The notes under the pieces were generated by a model. It did no database searches, was not told the DNA's origin, and saw only the letters and a program-made list of their open reading frames with translations. A program made the position numbers and the translations under genes. From Candidatus Nanopelagicales bacterium (GTDB lineage Bacteria > Actinomycetota > Actinomycetes > S36-B12 > CAIYMF01), in assembly GCA_039922855.1 (NCBI GenBank), contig JBDTDW010000142.1:1-28098 (forward strand): a stretch of 28,098 bases of DNA, read 5' to 3'. Shown here piece after piece: positions 16,816 through 27,632 of this stretch (position 1 is the stretch's first letter; each line of letters begins with the position of its first letter).

Positions 16816-17472
16816 GTGCTGCTGCTGGCGATCGATACCTCGGCCAGTGCGGTAACGGTGGCCCTGCACGACGGCACGAGGGTGGTTGCCGAGGCGTTCG
16901 AGGAGAGCCCGCAGGCGCACGGCGAGCGGCTCGCGCCTCAGGTGCAGCAGGTGCTGCGCGAGGCCGGGGCAACCCCGGCGGACCTCACATCGGTCGCTGT
17001 CGGGATCGGGCCGGGACCGTACACCGGGCTGCGCGTAGGCATCGTGACCGGGAAGGTCATGGCGTACGCCCTCGCCATCCCGGTCGGAGGGGTGTGCTCC
17101 CTGGACGCGCTGGCCTGGCTCGCGGTCCGAACCAAGACCGTGGCCGGCGCCTTCGCGGTCGCGACCGACGCGCGGCGCAAGGAGGTCTACCTGGCCCGTT
17201 ACGACGCCGATGCGGTACGGCTCAGTGGCCCGGACGTGCTGCGTCCGGGCGACGTCGCGGCCGAGGTACGCACCGGACCGGTCGTGGGAGCGGGCCTGTA
17301 CCCCGAGTTGTTCACCCACCTGCTCGGCCCGACGCGGGTGACCGGGGGAGCCGTGGCCGCGTACGCCGTCGGTGTGCTGCACGCCGGGTATGAGCTGGCG
17401 GACCCGACGCCGATGTACCTGCGTCGCCCCGACGCCGTCCCCTCGGTCGCTTCCAAGACGGTGCTGCAGTGA
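16816..17472 (+). CDS. tsaB: tRNA threonylcarbamoylation protein TsaB
   Basis: [32 protein letters not shown] and PMYLRRPDA. Confidence 0.95.
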   Translation: MLLLAIDTSASAVTVALHDGTRVVAEAFEESPQAHGERLAPQVQQVLREAGATPADLTSVAVGIGPGPYTGLRVGIVTGKVMAYALAIPVGGVCSLDALAWLAVRTKTVAGAFAVATDARRKEVYLARYDADAVRLSGPDVLRPGDVAAEVRTGPVVGAGLYPELFTHLLGPTRVTGGAVAAYAVGVLHAGYELADPTPMYLRRPDAVPSVASKTVLQ

Positions 17473-17948
17473 CGGGGGCGGCGGACCTCCGGTTGCGGCG
17501 GATGCGGTGGTGGGACGCCGAACCGGTGCTGGCGCTGGAGCGCGAGCTGTTCACGGACCCCTGGAGCCTGGAGGCGCTGCTGTCCGAGCTGGCGTACGTC
17601 CCGCAGACCCGCTGGTACGTCGTGTCCCAGGACGATCAGGGCATGACCGGCTACGTGGGGTTGCGCGCCGTGGGCCCGGACGCGGACGTGCAGACCCTCG
17701 CCGTCGCCGGACGCGCACAGGGCCACGGCGTCGGTGGCGGACTGCTGGACGCGCTGCTGGACGAGGCCCGGGAACGCCGCTGCACCGAGGTGTTCCTCGA
17801 GGTCCGGGCCGACAACGCCGCCGCGCTCGCGCTCTACGCTGCGCGCGGCTTCGTCAGCACCGGCGTGCGCCAGGACTACTACGGCCCGGCTCAGGACGCC
17901 CTGCTGATGCGGCTGGACCTCGCTGCCTCGGAGGTGGTGGTCCGGTGA
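17469..17948 (+). CDS. rimI: Ribosomal protein S18 alanine N-acetyltransferase
   Basis: LERELF.DPWS, VQTLAV...[22 protein letters not shown] and RQDYY. Lies between tsaB and tsaD. Confidence 0.92.
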   Translation: MTGAADLRLRRMRWWDAEPVLALERELFTDPWSLEALLSELAYVPQTRWYVVSQDDQGMTGYVGLRAVGPDADVQTLAVAGRAQGHGVGGGLLDALLDEARERRCTEVFLEVRADNAAALALYAARGFVSTGVRQDYYGPAQDALLMRLDLAASEVVVR

Positions 17949-19000
17949 GCCCTGACGCCGCCCTCGTGCTCGGGATCGAGACGTCGTGCGACGAGACCGG
18001 TGTCGGCCTGGTCTGCGGCACCGAGCTGCTCGCCGACGCGATCGCCAGCAGTGTCAAGGAGCACGCGCGGTTCGGTGGTGTCATCCCGGAGATCGCCAGT
18101 CGTGCCCACCTCGAGGCGATGATCCCCACGATCGAGCTGTCGTGCCGGCGGGCCGGCGTCAGACTCCAGGACGTCGACGCGATCGCGGTCACCGCCGGTC
18201 CTGGCCTGGTCGGGGCCCTGCTGGTCGGGGTCGCGGCCGCGAAAGCCCTGGCACTCTCGCTGGGCAAGCCGTTGTACGGCGTGAACCATCTGGCCGCGCA
18301 CGTGGCCGTGGACCAGCTCGAGCACGGGCCGCTGCCGGAGCCGACGATGGCGCTGCTGGTGTCCGGCGGGCACTCGTCGCTGTTGCTCGTACCCGATGTC
18401 ACCAGCGACATTCGGCCCCTCGGCGCCACGATCGACGACGCCGCGGGCGAGGCGTTCGACAAGGTCGCGCGGCTGCTGGGCCTGCCTTTCCCCGGCGGCC
18501 CGTGGATCGACAAGGCGGCCGTCGACGGCGACGCGGCCTTCGTACGGTTCCCGCGCGGGCTGACCTCTGCCCGCGACATGGCGCGACACCGTTTCGACTT
18601 CTCCTTCTCCGGCCTGAAGACAGCGGTGGCTCGGTGGATCGAGACCCGTGCGGCGCAGGGGGAGCCGGTGCCGGTGAAAGACGTCGCAGCGGCCTTCCAG
18701 GAGGCCGTGGTCGACGTGCTCACCCGCAAGGCGCTGCTGGCCTGCCAGGAGCACGGCGTGGACCACCTGGTCATCGGCGGCGGTGTCGCGGCCAACACCC
18801 GGCTGCGCGCCATGGCGCAGCAGCGCTGCGACGACGCCGGCGTACGACTGCGGGTGCCACGTCCGGGCCTGTGCACCGACAACGGCGCGATGGTTGCCGC
18901 CCTGGGCGCCGAGCTGGTCGGCCGCGGTCGGCCGGCGAGCGCCCTCACGCTGCCGGCTGACTCCTCCCTGCCGGTCACCACGGTGACCGTGTCCCCCTGA
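17945..19000 (+). CDS. tsaD: tRNA N6-adenosine threonylcarbamoyltransferase TsaD
   Basis: [53 protein letters not shown] and CTDNGAM. GTGA overlap with rimI. Confidence 0.96.
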   Translation: MSPDAALVLGIETSCDETGVGLVCGTELLADAIASSVKEHARFGGVIPEIASRAHLEAMIPTIELSCRRAGVRLQDVDAIAVTAGPGLVGALLVGVAAAKALALSLGKPLYGVNHLAAHVAVDQLEHGPLPEPTMALLVSGGHSSLLLVPDVTSDIRPLGATIDDAAGEAFDKVARLLGLPFPGGPWIDKAAVDGDAAFVRFPRGLTSARDMARHRFDFSFSGLKTAVARWIETRAAQGEPVPVKDVAAAFQEAVVDVLTRKALLACQEHGVDHLVIGGGVAANTRLRAMAQQRCDDAGVRLRVPRPGLCTDNGAMVAALGAELVGRGRPASALTLPADSSLPVTTVTVSP

Positions 19001-19024
19001 CGGCGCACCCCCCACCCCCACTTT

Positions 19025-19093
19025 TCTTCCCTTTGGGGCGATCAAGGCAGTTGAGCTCCCTAGATCGCCCCAAAGGGAAGATCAAGGGAGCTC
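19025..19093. repeat. Intergenic perfect 19-bp inverted repeat with an overlapping alternative stem (REP-like palindrome)
   Basis: TCTTCCCTTTGGGGCGATC (19025-19043) pairs with GATCGCCCCAAAGGGAAGA (19063-19081). GAGCTCCCTAGATC (19053-19066) can alternatively pair with GATCAAGGGAGCTC (19080-19093). Confidence 0.8.
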
Positions 19094-19141
19094 GGGACCC
19101 GCTGGCTGGCACTGGGGCCGGGGGTGTGATGCGCTCGGGGG

Positions 19142-20068
19142 ATGACGACTGCGCTGGACGAGCTGCTCGGGAGCGGACCGCATGCCATCGACGGGGGGCT
19201 GGCCAGCGAGCTGGAGGCTCGGGGTGCCGACCTCGGCGGGGACCTGTGGTCGGCCCGGGTGCTGCGCGAGGACCCCGACGTCGTACGCGACGTGCATGCC
19301 GCGTACTTCCGCGCCGGCGCAGCCGTGGGGATCTCGGCGTCGTACCAGGCATCGCGGGCCGGGATCGTACGAGCCGGGGGCAGCGCCCAGGAGGCGGACC
19401 GGCTGCTCGCGCTGTCGGTACGGCTGGTGCGCGAGGCCGCGGACCAGGTACTCGCCGAGGGGGTAGGCACCCCGCGACTTGTCGCAGCGTCGGTCGGCCC
19501 CTTCGGCGCGACCCGCCACGACGGGTCCGAGTACCGCGGCGGCTACGGGCTGTCCCACGAGGAGCTTGTCGCGTTCCACCGCGAGCGCCTCGACGTCCTC
19601 GTCGCCGCCGGCCCGGACCTGATCGCGATCGAGACCATCCCGGACATCCTGGAGGCACAGGCGCTGGTCGAGGTGCTGGCCGACCATCCGGACCTCCCGG
19701 CCTGGCTGTCGTACTCCTGCACCGACGGCGTGAGCACCTGCGCCGGCCAGCCGTTCGCCGAGGCCGTCGCGGTTGCGGTGTCCGCGCCGACGGTACGAGC
19801 GGTGGGAGTCAACTGCACCGCCCCGGAGTACGTGGGTGCCTTGCTCGCGGCCGGAGCATCGGCCCGTGGGGTCCACCCGTACGTGGTGTACCCCAACGCC
19901 GGGCGGGTCTGGGACGGCGTCGCGTCGCGGTGGCTCGGTGCCGGCTCGGACCTGCTGGCACCGGCAGCCGTACGGGAGTGGGTGGGCCTGGGCGCGGCCC
20001 TGGTAGGTGGCTGCTGCGGCCTTGGCCCCGCCGCAGTCCACGACATCGCCACCACCCTGTCGCCCTGA
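19142..20068 (+). CDS. mmuM: Homocysteine S-methyltransferase
   Basis: IDGGLASELEARG, LWSARVL, AASVGPFGA...DGSEYRG, IAIETIP, VGVNC, VYPNAG and Zn-binding GGCCG. Confidence 0.93.
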   Translation: MTTALDELLGSGPHAIDGGLASELEARGADLGGDLWSARVLREDPDVVRDVHAAYFRAGAAVGISASYQASRAGIVRAGGSAQEADRLLALSVRLVREAADQVLAEGVGTPRLVAASVGPFGATRHDGSEYRGGYGLSHEELVAFHRERLDVLVAAGPDLIAIETIPDILEAQALVEVLADHPDLPAWLSYSCTDGVSTCAGQPFAEAVAVAVSAPTVRAVGVNCTAPEYVGALLAAGASARGVHPYVVYPNAGRVWDGVASRWLGAGSDLLAPAAVREWVGLGAALVGGCCGLGPAAVHDIATTLSP

Positions 20069-20090
20069 CCCGCTCGAAGGACGCGCACGG

Positions 20091-20117
20091 CTGGCACTCA
20101 GGTTGACCGAGTGCCAG
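20091..20117. promoter_or_regulatory. CIRCE box 1 (HrcA operator)
   Basis: CTGGCACTC-N9-GAGTGCCAG, a perfect IR upstream of groES. It overlaps the candidate promoter TTGACC(20103-08)-18-TAAGGT(20127-32). Confidence 0.92.
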
Positions 20118-20141
20118 CCGGCGTCCTAAGGTCAGTAGCAG

Positions 20142-20168
20142 TTGGCACTCGTACGTTGAGACTGCCAA
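20142..20168. promoter_or_regulatory. CIRCE box 2 (HrcA operator)
   Basis: TTGGCACTC-N9-GACTGCCAA, one mismatch. Tandem CIRCE arrangement typical of actinobacterial groES-groEL1. Confidence 0.88.
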
Positions 20169-20277
20169 TCGCACGCGTTCCACCGGTCGTCCGGCACCCG
20201 CGACGACGGCTCGGCCGGTGTGCGTGCGTCCCGTTCCATCCCGTTCGTCGACAATCCCGCAAGGGGGAGGTCAGACC

Positions 20278-20571
20278 GTGTCGGTCACCATCAAGCCCCT
20301 CGAGGACCGGATCCTCGTCAAAGCTCTCGAAGCCGAGCAGACCACTGCATCAGGTCTCGTGATCCCGGACACCGCCAAGGAGAAGCCCCAGGAGGGCGAG
20401 GTCCTGGCAGTGGGCCCGGGTCGGTTCGAAGATGGCCAGCGCCTGCCGCTCGACGTCAAGGTCGGCGACAAGGTCATCTACTCCAAGTACGGCGGCACCG
20501 AGGTCAAGTACGACGGCCAGGAGTACCTCCTGCTGTCGGCGCGCGACGTCCTCGCTGTCATCGAGAAGTAA
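20278..20571 (+). CDS. groES: Co-chaperonin GroES
   Basis: [14 protein letters not shown]...[26 protein letters not shown]...[20 protein letters not shown]; true start GTG 20278. Confidence 0.98.
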   Translation: MSVTIKPLEDRILVKALEAEQTTASGLVIPDTAKEKPQEGEVLAVGPGRFEDGQRLPLDVKVGDKVIYSKYGGTEVKYDGQEYLLLSARDVLAVIEK

Positions 20572-20586
20572 GACCCATCTTCACCT

Positions 20587-20624
20587 CGCCGCCCCGGCGC
20601 CCGCTCGTCGGGCCCGGGGCGGCG
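20587..20624 (+). other. GC-rich hairpin between groES and groEL1 (mRNA stability or partial terminator)
   Basis: CGCCGCCCCGG-c-GCCCG...CGGGC-CCGGGGCGGCG; no U-tract. Confidence 0.5.
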
Positions 20625-20700
20625 TGCTCTCCCGCCGCAGATCCGGTGACCATCGGTGACAAGGGTCTGGCCCCCGCAAGCCCCCACATCTCATAGGTAA

Positions 20701-22350
<1,650 letters not shown>

Positions 22351-22361
22351 CAGCCTGCTCA

Positions 22362-22396
22362 CCGAAGGCCCCACCCCGCCGGGGTGGGGCCTTCGG
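22362..22396. terminator. Bidirectional intrinsic terminator between convergent groEL1 and whiB3
   Basis: Perfect 16-bp stem CCGAAGGCCCCACCCC / GGGGTGGGGCCTTCGG with a 3-nt loop. Confidence 0.85.
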
Positions 22397-22413
22397 GCAT
22401 TACGGAGCCGTGC

Positions 22414-22707
22414 TCAGACCGCCACAGGCACGGTCGTCCCGAGGTAGATGGTCTCCCGGTCATCCTCGCTCAGCCCGCCCCAGACGCCGTACGGCTCGTG
22501 GACGGACAAGGCGTGCGAGGCGCACTCGGCGATGACTGGGCAGGTGGCACAGATCGCCTTCGCAGCTCGCTCCCGGGCCAACCGGGCAGAACCCCGCTCG
22601 CCCTCGGGGTGGAAGAAGACCGCCGGGTCAACCTCTCGGCAGCGAGCCACCAGCTGCCAGTCCCACAGGTCCGCGTTCGGGCCCGGCAGTCGCGTGATGT
22701 CAGTCAT
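22414..22707 (-). CDS. whiB3: WhiB-family Fe-S transcription factor, WhiB3/WhiD orthologue
   Basis: MTDITRLPGPNADLWDWQL, four Cys (C..FFHPEGERG..C..C..C) and EPYGVWGGLSE. AGGAGG RBS before ATG 22707; position next to groEL1. Confidence 0.93.
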   Translation of the reverse strand: MTDITRLPGPNADLWDWQLVARCREVDPAVFFHPEGERGSARLARERAAKAICATCPVIAECASHALSVHEPYGVWGGLSEDDRETIYLGTTVPVAV

Positions 22708-23007
22708 CAGGACCTCCTGACGTGTTCGCCTGATCGAATTGGTCCCCAGCCGTAGGACACTCGAGCGACCGAGGTGGTTCACCCCTCACACAAGCATCCG
22801 GTCGAATATTGGTCAAGAGTTTGTCGAGGTTGTCATAAGTACGTCACATCTGATGGCCAAGACTCCCATCTCCTGGGCATTCCCGGCTGTCGGTATCGGG
22901 CGAATGCCTCAGTTATGAGCGTAGAACACGCGGTGAACAGGAACTGACGCGAAATATCCGGTCATGTCGAGTGGCTAACACCTCGCGGGGGGTCGAGAAT
23001 CGGTCAG

Positions 23008-24153
23008 GTGGACCTGCCTGACTCCGACGTGAACCCGGAGACGGGCGCGTCGAACGGGGCGGCACCGGTCGCGGCGCCGATCCTGACGGATCCCTGGGCG
23101 TCGGACCATGGTGCGCTCGGCCTTGTCGTGCCGGTCCTGGCGGTGGCCGCGGTGGCGCGCCGGCTGGGGGTGGCGCCCGCAACGCTGCGAACCTGGGACC
23201 GCCGCTACGGCCTGGGCCCCAGCACTCGTACCACCGGCTCGCACCGGCGCTACGGCGTCGAAGACGTCGCGCGACTTGACCTGATGCGGCGACTGGTGAA
23301 CTCCGGCGTGGCGCCCGGTGACGCCGCTCGGGCCGCACTTGCATGCGACCTGGGCGCACTGCCCGCTGCGACCTTCGCGTTGGCGCCGCACCCGGCCCCG
23401 CCATCGGGGACCGATGCCCCGATTTCGGGGTACGCACCTACCACCGGTACGCGATCCGGTGCGGGCGTCCCGACCGCCAGGGCGCACGACGCGGGATCCG
23501 GCGGTCAGCCGAGAGGTGTCGTGGTTCCTGAGCTCCCGGCGCTTCCCGGTCTGGCGCCGGCCGCGCGTGGGCTCGGCCGCGCCGCGCTGGCGCTGGACGG
23601 ACCGGCGTGCACCGATGTGATCTTGGATTCGGTCGGCCGCCACGGCGTGGTCTGGACCTGGGACCGGTTGCTCGTCCCCGTGCTCGCCGCCATCGGCAGC
23701 AGGTGGGAGCACACGGGAGAGGGCGTCGAGGTCGAGCACCTGGCGTCGGAGTCGATCATCGCGGCGATGTCGGGGGTGACTCTGCGGCTGCGGGCGCCTG
23801 CGAACGTTCGGCCGGTGCTGCTGGCCTGCACCGACGAGGAGACTCACTCGCTGCCCCTGTTCGTCGTTGCGGCCGCGTTGTCCGAGCGGCACGTGGCTGC
23901 CCGGGTCCTGGGTGCCCGGGTCCCGCACGAGGCGCTGGTCGCCGCGATCCGGCGTGCCGGACCGGCCGCCGTCCTGGTGTGGTCGCGCGTGGTCGTGGCG
24001 GAGCTGGCCGGGCTGGCCGAGCTGTGCGCGGTTCGGCCCACCCCGCTCGTCCTGGCCGCGGGGCCGGGCTGGTTCGGGCCACCACCGCCCGGCGTGGAAC
24101 AGGTGCACGACTTGATCGACGCGGTGCGCCGCATCGGGTCCACGGTGCACTAG
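23008..24153 (+). CDS. MerR-type HTH + cobalamin-binding domain regulator (CarH/LitR-like)
   Basis: VAAVARRLGVAPATLRTWDRRYGL..RT.GSHRRY HTH, W-x9-EH (WEHTGEGVEVEH) and Rossmann ExH (EETHSLP) motifs, ARVLGARVP. Start uncertain. Confidence 0.85.
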   Translation: MDLPDSDVNPETGASNGAAPVAAPILTDPWASDHGALGLVVPVLAVAAVARRLGVAPATLRTWDRRYGLGPSTRTTGSHRRYGVEDVARLDLMRRLVNSGVAPGDAARAALACDLGALPAATFALAPHPAPPSGTDAPISGYAPTTGTRSGAGVPTARAHDAGSGGQPRGVVVPELPALPGLAPAARGLGRAALALDGPACTDVILDSVGRHGVVWTWDRLLVPVLAAIGSRWEHTGEGVEVEHLASESIIAAMSGVTLRLRAPANVRPVLLACTDEETHSLPLFVVAAALSERHVAARVLGARVPHEALVAAIRRAGPAAVLVWSRVVVAELAGLAELCAVRPTPLVLAAGPGWFGPPPPGVEQVHDLIDAVRRIGSTVH

Positions 24154-24210
24154 GCGCAGACCGGTACGCTCCGCACGAGGTCCGACCCCCGGTCGGCTAG
24201 GTGGGGAGCG

Positions 24211-25116
24211 ATGGACGACGAGCTGACCGAGCTGCTCGCGACCGGCGAGCGGGCCGCGTTCCACGGGCGGCCGTCCGCGGGCGTGGGACCCCTGCAGCGC
24301 GCGGTCGAGTTGGCCCACGGCGCCGGACGCCCGGCCGAGGCCACGGCAGCGGTCTGGCTGCTGGGCGTGTGTCTGGGCGCGGGTGGCCGGTACGGCCAGG
24401 CCCTCACGGTGCTGCATCCGTTGGCGGCCGCGGACCAGCCCGAGCCTGAGCGTCGGCTGTTCTCCTCCCTCGCGGCCGCAACGGTAGCCAGCGTCCATCG
24501 CCAGCTGGGCCGCCACACCGACGGCCGTGACTGGGACCAGCGCGCCCAGGCGCTGGCGGGGTCCGCCCCGGAGGCGGCTTTCGACGCCGCCCTCGGACTG
24601 GCCTCCGACGCGATCGGGCTGGGTCAGGCGGACAACGCCCAGGAGCTGCTCACCCAGGCCCAGGCCCTGGCCCAGGGCCGCGCCGAATGGTGGCGCCAGC
24701 GCGTCCGGCTGGACTGGGTACGCGCTGAGCTGGCGCTGCTGACCGACCGCCCGGGCGAGGCCGTGGAGCGGGCCACCGCCGCGGTGATGCTGGCCGAGAA
24801 CTCCGGCGCTCCCCGCCACGTCGCGAAGAGCCTGCTGTTCACCGGGATCGCCCAGGTGCAGACCGGTGACCTCGACGAGGCCGTCGTGAGCCTGCGCCGG
24901 GCCGCCGGGCTGGCCGAGAGCCTGGGCGCGGTACCCCTGGTCTGGCCGGCACGGGCCGTGCTGGGCGCGCTCATCAGTGCGACCGCACCCGCGGAGGGCG
25001 CGAAGGCGTTGGAGTCGGCCCGTGCGGTCGTGCGCCAGATCGCCACCGACCTGCCCGAGCCGTACGCCCAGGACTGGCTCGCCCGACAGGACATCGCTGC
25101 GCTGCTCGCCGCCTGA
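24211..25116 (+). CDS. Conserved all-helical/TPR-like protein resembling mycobacterial Rv3415c
   Basis: WLLGVCLGAGGRY, SLAAATVASVHRQLGRH...WDQRAQALAG, DAALGLASDAIGLG, RVRLDWVRAELAL, RHVAKS and VPLVW match my recollection of Rv3415c, which also lies next to whiB3. GGGAG RBS. Confidence 0.65.
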   Translation: MDDELTELLATGERAAFHGRPSAGVGPLQRAVELAHGAGRPAEATAAVWLLGVCLGAGGRYGQALTVLHPLAAADQPEPERRLFSSLAAATVASVHRQLGRHTDGRDWDQRAQALAGSAPEAAFDAALGLASDAIGLGQADNAQELLTQAQALAQGRAEWWRQRVRLDWVRAELALLTDRPGEAVERATAAVMLAENSGAPRHVAKSLLFTGIAQVQTGDLDEAVVSLRRAAGLAESLGAVPLVWPARAVLGALISATAPAEGAKALESARAVVRQIATDLPEPYAQDWLARQDIAALLAA

Positions 25117-25190
25117 GCAACAGCGCCCCTGAGCGACCCCGACCGGTCAACCACTCGGCCGGCCCGGTTCAGCTCGTGGGTCCGCACGAC

Positions 25191-25218
25191 TGAAGTCCCC
25201 CTGGGCTCGTGCCGACAA
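25191..25218 (+). promoter_or_regulatory. Candidate sigma28 (WhiG/FliA)-type promoter TGAA-N16-GCCGACAA upstream of bldM
   Basis: Close to the TAAA-N15/16-GCCGATAA consensus; about 70 nt before the ATG. Confidence 0.5.
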
Positions 25219-25287
25219 GGTAGAGACGTGAGCTGCGATCCTCCAGGGTCTCGCGCGTGGCACGAGTGGGAGGACGACCTCGAGGCA

Positions 25288-25899
25288 ATGACCACGATCC
25301 TGGTCTGCGACGACGCCCCGTTGGCACGGGAGGCGGTCCGCCGCGCCATCGGCGGTGTCCCCGGTGTGGAACGGGTCACTGCCGCCGGCAGCGGCGAGGA
25401 AGTGCTTGCCCGCTACCCCTTCGAACGTCCCGACCTGGTCCTGATGGACGTACGGATGCCCGGCATCGGCGGGGTCGAGGCAAGTCGCCGGCTCGTCGCC
25501 GCGCACCCTGACGCCGCGGTCCTGATGATGACCATGGGCGAGGACCCCGACGGGGTCGCGCGGGCGGTCGGCAACGGCGCCCGCGGCTACGTCGCCAAGG
25601 ACGCGAGCCGTGAGGAGGTCGCCGCCACCGTGTCGCTGGCCCTGGCGGCCGGCCGGGAGGCCGTCGGCCCGCGCAGCGTTCGGACCCGCCCCATCGGCTC
25701 GCCCCCGACCCTGACCGAGCGTGAGCAGCAGGTGCTCGACGGGATGAGCCGAGGCAAGAGCAACGCCGAGATCGGCCAGGAGCTGTTCTTGTCCGAGGAC
25801 ACCGTCAAGACCCACGCTCGGCGCCTGTTCCGAAAGGTCGGTGCCGCCGATCGCGCACAGGCCGTGGCGCTGGGCTTTCGCTGGGGCTTCCTGCGGTAG
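25288..25899 (+). CDS. bldM: Orphan NarL/LuxR-type response regulator, BldM orthologue
   Basis: 203 aa. MTTILVCDDAPLAREAVRR..GVPGVERVT...LMDVRMPG...GARGY..KDASR...FLSEDTVKTHARRLF.K.GA.DRA.AVALGFRWG.R closely follows Streptomyces BldM as recalled; conserved position between whiD and guaB. Confidence 0.88.
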   Translation: MTTILVCDDAPLAREAVRRAIGGVPGVERVTAAGSGEEVLARYPFERPDLVLMDVRMPGIGGVEASRRLVAAHPDAAVLMMTMGEDPDGVARAVGNGARGYVAKDASREEVAATVSLALAAGREAVGPRSVRTRPIGSPPTLTEREQQVLDGMSRGKSNAEIGQELFLSEDTVKTHARRLFRKVGAADRAQAVALGFRWGFLR

Positions 25900-25966
25900 T
25901 CAGCCCGATCGTCGCCGACCGGTGCGCCCACGTGGTACCTCACGCCCACCGCGTGCCCGCGGGTAG

Positions 25967-27618
<1,652 letters not shown>

Positions 27619-27632
27619 AGAACGCGGAGCAC

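Noticed and set aside
19001-19141. Possible SAM riboswitch upstream of mmuM
   Set aside because: No SAM-I, SAM-II or SAM-IV core motifs recognised; reported instead as a palindromic element.
22831-22849. Possible CRP/GlxR site (TGTGA-N6-TATGA on the minus strand)
   Set aside because: The second half-site matches TCACA poorly; the direct-repeat interpretation fits better.
22975-24819. 614-aa minus-strand ORF spanning the MerR/B12 and Rv3415c-like genes
   Set aside because: Arg/Gly/Pro-rich shadow frame with no domain signal; the + strand genes have clear motifs and RBSs.
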